Of a stretch of DNA of 64,000 nt, positions 8,065 to 16,623 are shown piece by piece. Position 1 is the stretch's first letter. The number at the start of each line of letters is the position of its first letter. The DNA lies in IMG/VR virus record IMGVR_UViG_3300037454_000475, positions 41,291 through 105,290 of that record. The stretch is one strand, 5' to 3'. A program made the position numbers and the translations under genes. Below the pieces are notes generated by a model, which was given only the letters and a program-made list of their open reading frames with translations, did not search any database and had not been told where the DNA came from. Source of the stretch: a virus (Duplodnaviria; Caudoviricetes).

Positions 8065-8114
8065 CAACGTTTACCTGATTTACCGTCCTTTACGGCTTTA
8101 CGTTTTCGTCTCAT
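8055..8114 (-). CDS. 19-aa mini-ORF MRRKRKAVKDGKSGKRWLS overlapping the tRNA-Lys 5' end
   Basis: Paralog of 7896-7946 with conserved frame. Confidence 0.5.
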   Translation of the reverse strand: MRRKRKAVKDGKSGKRWLS

Positions 8115-8551
8115 AGCTTAAATGTTTATTTGATTGTTGTTCGCCCTTTAATTAAAAACACCCTACGAACGTTGTACTCGGCAACCTCGGATATTGTGGA
8201 GGGCCCATCCACGGTTTTGACCAGCTAAAGTTTGATGGTGCTTGGTATCCCAATCTCCACTTGCTCGCCTGCGGATGGCGGATGCCGCTGTGGCCCGGCA
8301 ACTGGCAACGGAGTACCCATCCGATCAGGGCCGTGCTGTTCCTTGGCCAACACGGATACCATTTAGACCTCCAATAGTTATCGAAACCTGAAGTATCCAC
8401 CTACCATCAGGGGAAGTTTGCAACCTTCCCGGGAATCCAGTTTCAACCTCCCGTCCTTTACACCACCTCGCGCATTTCACGGATCAGCCTTCTCCGGAGT
8501 TGCCTTCGCTCTCACGGCCGCGTGGTTCCACGGATTGGAGTATTGTTTCTG

Positions 8552-8719
8552 TGATCTCGGTGGGAGTTGAACCCACATTACCATAATCGTTTGCTTTACC
8601 ACTGCAATGGTGGGGCGACTAACACGCGTTGTCGCGCTGTCCTCCCCCAAACTTTCAGGTACTACCACTATATCCCAGTGTGAATCTGTTGCAGCATCAT
8701 CTCTTTGGAGTACGAGACC
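8552..8719 (-). ncRNA. tRNA-framed RNA with ~130-nt internal domain
   Basis: GGTCTCG/CGAGATC acceptor, GTGGG-TTCAACT-CCCAC T-arm. Confidence 0.6.
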
Positions 8720-8730
8720 TTTTAAATATG

Positions 8731-8867
8731 CACCAAGACGAGGATTCGAACCTCGGCCTCAATGTCCTCTCGGGCATTGTATTCTGTCCTCTTTCCATCG
8801 TGGCAACTCCGGCCGGCTGTACAACCAGCTTATTGGTCTTACCACGACTTCATCTAACTACCTTGAT
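8731..8867 (-). ncRNA. tRNA-like RNA with expanded D region and a GAGA tetraloop in place of the anticodon loop
   Basis: ATCAAGG/TCTTGGT acceptor, CAATGCCC-GAGA-GGACATTG, CGAGG-TTCGAAT-CCTCG. Confidence 0.65.
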
Positions 8868-9051
8868 TGATTGATTATTTCCCTCACTCATCAACCGGTG
8901 GTGATTCGCGACTCACCACCCGACCCTATTTGCCGGTTCAAACTCTACCGGTGTCGGCTGATTACGTTACGCGGGAGAAGCTACCTCCCTGGAAGGTACT
9001 CTACCTTCCCAAACAGAATTGTTTGTTATGAATGAGTTATTTCCTCAACTT

Positions 9052-9124
9052 GTGGATTGGTGGGATTCGATACCCACATCACGCGGTTGCATACGACCGG
9101 AATATTACTTATACTTACAATCCA
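9052..9124 (-). ncRNA. Degenerate tRNA-like element
   Basis: TGGATTG/CAATCCA acceptor, GTGGG-TATCGAAT-CCCAC; irregular anticodon arm. Confidence 0.5.
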
Positions 9125-9430
9125 TCGGCCTCGAGATTACCATACGTTTCTCCTGTTGGCTGTGCACACCAACAACTCCCCTACGGACGCCATCCTCTGT
9201 ACTCTGTTGACTTTCGGTTTACTGCAGCACCTACATGGTCCAACGTTTCCGTGACTTTACGCGACTGGCTCTTGTGAGAAGACCTCGTTATTATCGGACG
9301 CTTTTGCATCGATTCTTTGTCCGATTGCCTCTTAACCTTGTGTTACGCCTGTGTTCCGGTGGCCGGAGTGGTATCTCCCAATCGAGCTTTTGTACCACTG
9401 CTAACACTGCTCTGAAGAGATTCAAACTTG

Positions 9431-9503
9431 AGCGAAGAATGGGACTCGAACCCACGATCTCGACCTTGGCAAGGTCATATTCTACCAACTGAACTACCTT
9501 CGC
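9431..9503 (-). tRNA. tRNA-Gly(GCC)
   Basis: GACC-TTGCCAA-GGTC. Confidence 0.9.
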
Positions 9504-9618
9504 ACCGTGGGGAGGCGATATCTCATCTACCTCCCCGTATATCTTGATCAGCCTTTGACCCACGGTTAATATTCCAGTGAAGGGCAAACCGCATATTATT
9601 TCAGGTTGTTTCGGCTGA

Positions 9619-9702
9619 ATAAGAATCAATCAAATGTCTCCCAATATGTCAAAGAACCCTTGTTTTATGTTGGTTGGAACGTTTTATCGTTCCTTTCAAC
9701 GT
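9619..9702 (-). promoter_or_regulatory. Leader with hairpin and boxA, copy 2
   Basis: 39 nt identical to 2245-2283. Confidence 0.7.
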
Positions 9703-9703
9703 C

Positions 9704-9735
9704 TATATATAATCAACCTCCTGCGAAACTTAACA
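9704..9735 (-). promoter_or_regulatory. Phage promoter TGTTAA-N18-TATATATA
   Basis: Recurrent motif, heads the tRNA array. Confidence 0.75.
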
Positions 9736-9801
9736 CTCTATCGAAACTTTTTTGAAACTTTTTTGTTTTTTGTTCATTTGCAAGTATTTATAATAGGTAT
9801 T

Positions 9802-9833
9802 AAAAAAGGTCATCCGTTTTTGCGAATGACCTT
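9802..9833 (-). terminator. Intrinsic terminator, possibly part of an attenuator
   Basis: AAGGTCATTCG/CGGATGACCTT hairpin followed by a U-run. Confidence 0.7.
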
Positions 9834-9874
9834 CTTGTGTGGGGGTTATATTTCAAATTGTCATTCGCCTTCTT

Positions 9875-9976
9875 CTATCCCCCTTGCTTGGCATCATAGC
9901 CGCAAAATCCTTCATTACCGAGTACAATGGCGGTATTCATGGCTGCTGGGCGGCTCCATGATTGTTTCAATGTCAT
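9875..9976 (-). CDS. 33-aa candidate leader peptide MTLKQSWSRPAAMNTAIVLGNEGFCGYDAKQGG
   Basis: ORF ends just before a 9-nt segment complementary to the terminator 5' arm. Confidence 0.4.
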   Translation of the reverse strand: MTLKQSWSRPAAMNTAIVLGNEGFCGYDAKQGG

Positions 9977-10122
9977 TGTATGTAGGGATAAATTCATCGA
10001 ATGATTTTTAATTCTTTCTAATATGGATAATAGGACAGGTTTTTTAAGTTTTTAACTTTTTTGCAAAAAAATAATGGAGACCATTGCTGATCCCCATTAT
10101 ATTTTTGATCTCCGTGGTTTCG

Positions 10123-11178
10123 TTATTCACGGGTGATCGTTGCGCACCTTGAAAGCTCAACAGTGTCATAGGCATCCAACTTCGTGGTAACCTGAATGTT
10201 GGTATACCCATTCTGCTCAAGGATGGCTTTCACTGCGGCGGCACGGGCGTTAGCCAAATCGGAGTTGTAATTCTCGGTTCCGGTCTTCGTATCGGCGGAT
10301 CCAACAATCACGATGTTGGCGTTCTTGTCAACATTGGCCATAAAGATATCCAAACGCTGCATCTCCGTGGTAGTAATGGTTGAGCTATTCTTTGCGAAGG
10401 TAAGAAGTGTGTTGTTGGTGTTCACCTCAACAATCTTCTCAACAATCTTTTCGACAATAACGGTATCTCTCTCCACCTCACGGTTCATACATCTCATGCA
10501 TTCATCGTACATGGTGTAAAGCTCCGAGTATTGCTGGTCGGTATACGTCTTATCGCAGATCACGAAGTTATGGGAACCGGTCTTATTTGACTTAAATCGA
10601 TAAGCCACGCCGATGTTGGCCTGAAGATCCGCATGCTTTACCATTGGTTCGATGTGACGGGACTGGAGGATTTCGTGAGATACGACTTGAGGTGTAAACG
10701 TAATGTACCAAGCGCGTTCTTTACCTAAATTGAAATCAAATTCGAGGCCGGCGTTCAATGATATATCGTTGGGGTTACTTGAGTTGAACATATGATCCCA
10801 TCCGATACCGGTTACGGTTTGAATTTCAAAAATCCTTGGTTGGCCTTTGTACCCGGCAAACAAATTCATTAGGTTGAACTTGACGTTTCCGTTCAAATTC
10901 GTTGCACTGATGGCAAAACCGTCCTCGAAGTTAGGTCTCATGTATCCAACCAACGAAAACCCGGTGATAGGGGTAACGTTCTTGCCAAGTTCAAGACCGG
11001 CGTTCCAGTCCAAGGTATTGAACTCAAAATTATCGTAGTTGGAAACAGGGTTGTGAATGGCACCGCCATTGATGCCAACATACATGTTGGAAAAAACACC
11101 ACCGCGTTCAACGGTTTGAGCATTTGTGATTGTGAAAGCCATAAACAAGGCGATCATCAAAGAAATAATTTTCTTCAT
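10123..11178 (-). CDS. OmpA-family outer membrane protein (Bacteroidales type)
   Basis: Signal peptide, beta-barrel, C-terminal GSADTKTG..YN..LA.ARA.AV OmpA domain. Confidence 0.9.
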   Translation of the reverse strand: MKKIISLMIALFMAFTITNAQTVERGGVFSNMYVGINGGAIHNPVSNYDNFEFNTLDWNAGLELGKNVTPITGFSLVGYMRPNFEDGFAISATNLNGNVKFNLMNLFAGYKGQPRIFEIQTVTGIGWDHMFNSSNPNDISLNAGLEFDFNLGKERAWYITFTPQVVSHEILQSRHIEPMVKHADLQANIGVAYRFKSNKTGSHNFVICDKTYTDQQYSELYTMYDECMRCMNREVERDTVIVEKIVEKIVEVNTNNTLLTFAKNSSTITTTEMQRLDIFMANVDKNANIVIVGSADTKTGTENYNSDLANARAAAVKAILEQNGYTNIQVTTKLDAYDTVELSRCATITRE

Positions 11179-11406
11179 AGTGATTTAATTTTTTATTACG
11201 ATTAAAGTTTATTTGTAAGGTATGTTATAAAATAGAAAAAGTTTTCAGGATTTTTCAATAAACATTGTGTTTATCGAGCACTTCCATAACCAAGTTTTCC
11301 GTAACATGCTCTGAACGAGCAATTTCTGCAATCGTGCATGGCTCGTTTATATACATATATATTATACTGTCGATCTGATCCCTGGTGAGATCCTTATAAT
11401 TTGATA

Positions 11407-11682
11407 TCATGGTTTGGCCTTTTTTCTTTGTATGTGATAAACATATAGGAGTTCAATCCGGTTATTTCCGTATCGCCTTATGTATAAATCCGCCAAATCT
11501 CCGGTCTTACGTCTCCTGAATGATATCCGATAGTCCTCGAAAAATTCAACGGTGGAATTATCGCAGATATAATCCAAATCCTCCCCGAGATATTCGATAT
11601 CCGGATTGTCATTTGTTTTCACCACCTCCTGTAATTCCGGTAGCGTATACTTCTTTCCAAATAACCGGACTTTTTCCTTCAT
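11407..11682 (-). CDS. Hypothetical protein
   Basis: ORF coupled to the upstream gene. Confidence 0.65.
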   Translation of the reverse strand: MKEKVRLFGKKYTLPELQEVVKTNDNPDIEYLGEDLDYICDNSTVEFFEDYRISFRRRKTGDLADLYIRRYGNNRIELLYVYHIQRKKAKP

Positions 11683-11683
11683 A

Positions 11684-12361
11684 TTATTTCCACTCGATCA
11701 GCTCATGGCCGTTATCAGTGTCCAGTACAAAAGCCTTACGGCAATCCAAACAAGCGAACTCGTTGGTGATTATAGGGTTTTCCATTTGCTGGGTATGCCC
11801 GAAGATTTGATATAATCCTTCGATCTTGGAAGAATCATAGTATTCATCCACATCCCCCCATACACAACTGCCACATTTTTCCCAGCCACCTCTATACGGG
11901 GATACCTGCATCAATGCGTTGTACATTTCGGGGGACATATTGGCGATGTCACAATTCAATAAATCCTCGATGGTGAGGTTATTTGCCTGCAACCATAACG
12001 GAAGTACACCGGAATGGGAGAATAGGATATCACCATCTTTATGGGCGAGCTTGAGGTTCATCCGGACAAGGTATCCGTGGATCTCATCCTTATGATAACG
12101 GTCAAATCTGTCCGCCATGTTACCCATAATATAATTACCATCGTGGTTACCGAATAGGCATACCACCTTATCCGGATGGGTTTCTATGAACGGAACAAGA
12201 TTATCACGGAGACGGTGACGGGATGTATCCGTGCTTACTTGGAAGGTATATGGGTCGTGATAATCGCCCAAGAATATGACCTTGTCAAATTCATCAATGT
12301 GTTCGCATGGTTTCATCCAAAAATCACGGCCATGCACATCCGGTATAACGAGTATTTTCAT
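11684..12361 (-). CDS. Calcineurin-like metallophosphoesterase
   Basis: DVHG, GDYHD, GNHD, HSG, GHT motifs. Confidence 0.9.
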   Translation of the reverse strand: MKILVIPDVHGRDFWMKPCEHIDEFDKVIFLGDYHDPYTFQVSTDTSRHRLRDNLVPFIETHPDKVVCLFGNHDGNYIMGNMADRFDRYHKDEIHGYLVRMNLKLAHKDGDILFSHSGVLPLWLQANNLTIEDLLNCDIANMSPEMYNALMQVSPYRGGWEKCGSCVWGDVDEYYDSSKIEGLYQIFGHTQQMENPIITNEFACLDCRKAFVLDTDNGHELIEWK

Positions 12362-12618
12362 ATCTTTTTGAGTTTGCGTCCATAATAATTATCCATATAA
12401 CGGAGTTCCGGAAACAACCTGTAAAAACGTTTCCACGTGGATCTGCCGCGTTTCAGTGACGGAATCCGGATGGAAAACGGAGTATGCCGTCCGTAATGCC
12501 AGTCGGCGGGATCCGGAACAAACCGGGGACGGTCTTTGTCGGAACTATTATTAAAGTATCCGTTGTTGTCCTTGTATACCGGTTTGGGCATCCGCTTATA
12601 TTTCCAATAGTCTCTCAT
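12358..12618 (-). CDS. Hypothetical basic protein
   Basis: ATGA overlaps with both neighbours. Confidence 0.7.
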   Translation of the reverse strand: MRDYWKYKRMPKPVYKDNNGYFNNSSDKDRPRFVPDPADWHYGRHTPFSIRIPSLKRGRSTWKRFYRLFPELRYMDNYYGRKLKKI

Positions 12619-13004
12619 TGGGTTCTTTCCGTGAGTTCGTACACGACTCCGTCAATAACGATGGTTTTCTTTCCGGTGGAATCCTCCGTGACATCCTGTT
12701 CCTCCGGTTCCGGCGAATTGATGATTGCCGCATGAATCGTATCGTCCAGCTCGTATTCATTCCATACCCACCCCGGGAGGCTATCGATGCAACAGTCGTA
12801 ACGTTTACCGTTCGCGGTTTTTGTCAACTGAAGCGTGCAGATGTATCCATCTTCCGTGAGGTACCTCGTTTTACTCCTTACACTAAATCCATCATATACG
12901 TTGAGGACTTCAGTTACATCCTGCCTTTCCGTCATGCGTTTTTCGGAATTTCCACAGGCGATCATCGCCAAACACAGTGCGATACAAATCAATAATTTCT
13001 TCAT
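12615..13004 (-). CDS. Putative lipoprotein
   Basis: MKK + hydrophobic segment + MIA-C lipobox. Confidence 0.7.
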   Translation of the reverse strand: MKKLLICIALCLAMIACGNSEKRMTERQDVTEVLNVYDGFSVRSKTRYLTEDGYICTLQLTKTANGKRYDCCIDSLPGWVWNEYELDDTIHAAIINSPEPEEQDVTEDSTGKKTIVIDGVVYELTERTQ

Positions 13005-13053
13005 TTCTTTAAGGTTTAGTTGTTAGTACTTTATAATATCTTCGATTTTCACC

Positions 13054-13914
13054 TTATTCTTCAGATCTTTGTTCGGATAAAACTTGTTCGCCTTGGGTTA
13101 TCTCCTCCTCACCTTCGATATTGTTGTCATATAGGAATGAACGGGACTTGGCCCTGGAGAATGCATATAGCACTGCATGGATTTTTAACTCCTCATATGT
13201 TTTTAATTCCGGATGTTCCTTCTTGGCATGCTCGAGGTTGATTGCATATTGGAAAATGGAATAGTCCACAGTATCCGGTTTGACCTGTTTGAATGTTTCC
13301 ACGTTTTGACATCCGAGGAGGTGTACCTTTTTGCCGCACTGGCGGGCATAATTCATCATCTTACGGAACTCGTCCCGGTAAAGATGCCAATCCCTTGTCA
13401 TGGCAAGACCACCAATGGCAAGTTTGTCATATAGGTCACTCTCACAAAGACGCTTCCAGTACTCGAATCCTTGGTGCATTTTGAAAACCGGAGTCGGATA
13501 CCGGCCGGTAATCTCCTTGATTTCGTCACGGAGGTAATTCTTGGGCGAAAGAAGATCTTCATCCTTACGGAAATACTCATTATCGAGTTCAAACATCTCA
13601 CATGGTTTGACCACGCGGAGAAGTGCAAGGAATTTACGCCTCATTTTCTCACATGCTTGGTGGAACTTTTCACTATCCGCACCGTATTTGTTTTGAAGCT
13701 TGTAAAGGGTAAAACCTCCGGAGTCGAGATACAAACGTTCCTGACCAACAGTATCATATATGACCTTTGCGGCGTTCTTCGGCATATCCACGGTGGAAAT
13801 CAATACGGCATTATCAAATGTTTTCAAAAGTGTAGGGAGAACCTGTTTCCACCTACCTTTTGAACCACAGGAATATACGAGTCCGCCACCCAGTCCGTAT
13901 ACTAATTTATGCAT
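13054..13914 (-). CDS. TGT/DpdA-like transglycosylase
   Basis: YLDSGGF, ELD, PVF..H, AIGGL, VHLLG, TVD motifs of the TGT-like barrel. Confidence 0.7.
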   Translation of the reverse strand: MHKLVYGLGGGLVYSCGSKGRWKQVLPTLLKTFDNAVLISTVDMPKNAAKVIYDTVGQERLYLDSGGFTLYKLQNKYGADSEKFHQACEKMRRKFLALLRVVKPCEMFELDNEYFRKDEDLLSPKNYLRDEIKEITGRYPTPVFKMHQGFEYWKRLCESDLYDKLAIGGLAMTRDWHLYRDEFRKMMNYARQCGKKVHLLGCQNVETFKQVKPDTVDYSIFQYAINLEHAKKEHPELKTYEELKIHAVLYAFSRAKSRSFLYDNNIEGEEEITQGEQVLSEQRSEE

Positions 13915-13916
13915 AT

Positions 13917-14039
13917 TTATTTTGTTTTCTTTTCAGTTTTATCCGGATCCTTCTTGCCTTGTTTGATTTCAAACAACCATTTTTCCGGATTGAGGAAACT
14001 TTTTATCATTTCCACGTAGTTTGAGAGATTAACTGGCAT
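13917..14039 (-). CDS. 40-aa hypothetical protein
   Basis: Fills the gap between the ParB-like and TGT-like genes (MPVNLSNYVEM...). Confidence 0.5.
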   Translation of the reverse strand: MPVNLSNYVEMIKSFLNPEKWLFEIKQGKKDPDKTEKKTK

Positions 14040-14051
14040 GGTGTTTTTAAT

Positions 14052-14564
14052 TTATTCAACGGCAACATAGTTACCATTATCATCAAGCGGTGAACCGGCG
14101 GCACCCTTAATAAGGTCTTCCAATTCCGCCTTGTTATCCTTGAACGAGGACATGCCGAGTTTCTTCATCATCGGATCAACATTTCCGGTCTCGGACACCA
14201 TGCGGTCAACGGCGGAATAATTCCAACGGGAATATTCTCCGACCCGGTTATCCGCGATAACAAACCCACGGATTTCATCATCCGTCATTCCCCATACCTT
14301 GATGACCCACTCATGGGTTTGTCCGAGAAGACGCAAGGCTTTAAGACGGGTGTGTCCGGTGAGGATGATATTATTTTCTCCGGTTGCCGTGATGGGACAT
14401 ATATATCCGTACATCTTGATGGATTCCGCCACCATCTTCGCGGATTCATTGTTATGACGGGGGTTGCCGGAATACGGAACCAAATCATCAAGGTTCATCC
14501 ACACAAGCTCGAGTTTGCGCTGTGGAATTTCAACAAAGACCGGCTTTTTATCATTTTTTGCCAT
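14052..14564 (-). CDS. ParB/Srx N-terminal domain protein
   Basis: L.PY..NPR.N, SIK.YG...PI, ILTGHTRLKA, IADNR. Confidence 0.85.
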   Translation of the reverse strand: MAKNDKKPVFVEIPQRKLELVWMNLDDLVPYSGNPRHNNESAKMVAESIKMYGYICPITATGENNIILTGHTRLKALRLLGQTHEWVIKVWGMTDDEIRGFVIADNRVGEYSRWNYSAVDRMVSETGNVDPMMKKLGMSSFKDNKAELEDLIKGAAGSPLDDNGNYVAVE

Positions 14565-14644
14565 ATACTATAGGGTTTCTTTCATATCTATCACAATATA
14601 TATAATCCGACAAAATTTTTCCATATTCCGGAAAAATAAAAAAA

Positions 14645-14720
14645 TTTGCGCTCTAAACGCAAATCTTTTTTGTCCTTCATAATTTATCACGGGACTCGAG
14701 AAAAGCGATTAGGGCGCAAA
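14645..14720. repeat. Long imperfect palindrome, possible diverged copy of the dispersed element
   Basis: TTTGCGCTCTAA/TTAGGGCGCAAA arms, AT-rich loop. Confidence 0.45.
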
Positions 14721-14742
14721 TATGATATGTTTATGCGGATTT

Positions 14743-15333
14743 TTACGGCTCATCCACAGGGGTTGGTTTGGAATCCGGCTCCGCCGTGGAATCCGATACC
14801 ACAATATCTTCATCTTGATTTGTTACCACCGGCTCATGACGGTTGCGTTTCAACATATTGACCACCATGGAGGTCATGCATAGGGCAACCACCGGGAGGA
14901 TAGCTCCTGTAATGTACGAAATCATTACGTAATTATAGTCGGGGTTTGGTGACTGGACAAAGAATAACACCGATTTTGTGAAATAATCAATTTGATCGGT
15001 ATTGTGCATAATCATGTAACGATATGATGAGAACACATTACCAAGAATTTGAACGATAGTCAATATGGCCATCAAAATCCATGGAAGGGTTTTCTTATCG
15101 TCCTTGTCAGTATTTGTAAGAATCGAGAATAATACACCGGCCTGTCCAATTTCAAATGCAATGGCGAGGATCACAGCGAGCCAACCAGGATTGGATAGAC
15201 CGAAAAATGCAATTGCGTGGTATGTGGATACGAATGCAATAGCTGCGTAAAGCACTATAAACAACCACAAAAAGGTTTTATTAAATGTCTTATTTGTTTC
15301 CAATGTATTCAATGTTTTTTTATAAAAATTCAA
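14743..15333 (-). CDS. Membrane protein (about 4 TM segments)
   Basis: Hydrophobic helices. Confidence 0.75.
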   Translation of the reverse strand: MNFYKKTLNTLETNKTFNKTFLWLFIVLYAAIAFVSTYHAIAFFGLSNPGWLAVILAIAFEIGQAGVLFSILTNTDKDDKKTLPWILMAILTIVQILGNVFSSYRYMIMHNTDQIDYFTKSVLFFVQSPNPDYNYVMISYITGAILPVVALCMTSMVVNMLKRNRHEPVVTNQDEDIVVSDSTAEPDSKPTPVDEP

Positions 15334-15535
15334 CCGTTAACTTTGAGGTATTTTCACCTATCTTTACGATACGTGTCCCCGTATTGACTAAATATATCAA
15401 TTCGGAACCGGAATGTTCAACTCCAACCACAGTACCGGTAACGTCCAGTTTTACGATACAGTCGGAGGTAAACCTTACCTTCTTACCGATAAACAGGGAT
15501 CGTATGTAGTCCTTATATAATAACATTAGGCCCAA
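15320..15535 (-). CDS. Hypothetical protein
   Basis: Overlaps neighbours in the operon. Confidence 0.6.
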   Translation of the reverse strand: MGLMLLYKDYIRSLFIGKKVRFTSDCIVKLDVTGTVVGVEHSGSELIYLVNTGTRIVKIGENTSKLTVEFL

Positions 15536-16599
15536 TACATATATTCATAGAGATATGTGGCCCAGTTCGAGAAGGCCGTGGCTATGTAATTTTGGTTACC
15601 GGAAACTTTCCCTTCGATGATATATGTGAGGGATTGTATTAAAGCCTCAATCATCTTATGGTAACGGATTTGCGATTCGGCATCCAATGTGTTACAACCA
15701 CAATCTGCGAATGGGTCTATGATTTTACTACCCAATGGAAGACCAACCTTGAGAATACCGTTAAGGTATTTTTTCATTTCCACGCAGATCTCCACCTGAT
15801 CCATCCAATAATTCACGTTGGAGAATACTTCCACCATGTAATTATATATGGCATTGCGATACATTTGAAGTGGATTACATCCGGCAACCGGAGTTACACC
15901 AACACCTTGTACTCCGCCGTTACATCCACATCCGGCGGAAAGTGGAAGAGTTGCAAGATTTATGCGTTTATCCTTGGTTGTCGCAACAAGTACATTATCC
16001 TGCATATAGTTGGAAAAACCGGAAAGGATCTTTGTCGTGGCATCTTCAAGGTTTTGTTTGTAATATGTGAGCATTGTGATCAACATATCCGGATTGTCCC
16101 AGTTATTGACGACCGGTGTATTGGCCAACAGGATACTTGCAAGCCATGTGCGAAATACCTTGAGTTCTTCGATGGTGATATCATCATCCGGTGTAAACTC
16201 ATTGAGATAATCGTATTTGATTTTATCGTTTTGAAGGATACTCAACGTACGAACTTGATCAATCCATATACGGAGGTCGTCAAATTTGAGTAGATTTTCC
16301 ACCGCCACGGTTCCGATTTCAACATTCACGTAGTTCAATTCATCACCCGGGTTAAATGGGTCTCCGGTTGGGATAGAACCATTGTTATCCGCCATCGGCA
16401 ATATATGTGTCCAATGAATTGCATACGCATATTTATTGCGAAGCATGTTGTTGAAATAATCACAGAAGTTATTGATGGAAAATTCCACAAATGGAGAACC
16501 ACTCTTCCATACGTAGTTATCATCCACTATTTCTGCATATCCGGCTTCAACGAGAACATCCGGAGTCATTACGATATCTTGAAACTTAACTATATTCAT
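15526..16599 (-). CDS. Hypothetical protein
   Basis: 357-aa ORF with CGC motifs. Confidence 0.75.
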   Translation of the reverse strand: MNIVKFQDIVMTPDVLVEAGYAEIVDDNYVWKSGSPFVEFSINNFCDYFNNMLRNKYAYAIHWTHILPMADNNGSIPTGDPFNPGDELNYVNVEIGTVAVENLLKFDDLRIWIDQVRTLSILQNDKIKYDYLNEFTPDDDITIEELKVFRTWLASILLANTPVVNNWDNPDMLITMLTYYKQNLEDATTKILSGFSNYMQDNVLVATTKDKRINLATLPLSAGCGCNGGVQGVGVTPVAGCNPLQMYRNAIYNYMVEVFSNVNYWMDQVEICVEMKKYLNGILKVGLPLGSKIIDPFADCGCNTLDAESQIRYHKMIEALIQSLTYIIEGKVSGNQNYIATAFSNWATYLYEYMYWA

Positions 16600-16623
16600 A
16601 TTATTGACTTTATTTCATTTACA

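Noticed and set aside
8155-8545. RNase P or SRP RNA
   Set aside because: Could not find the GAGGAAAGTCC and ACAGAA..CGGCTTA motifs or the SRP domain IV motif
41-10011. Many 60-160 aa ORFs in the RNA island
   Set aside because: They are antisense to or overlap tRNAs and structured RNA, with no protein-like features
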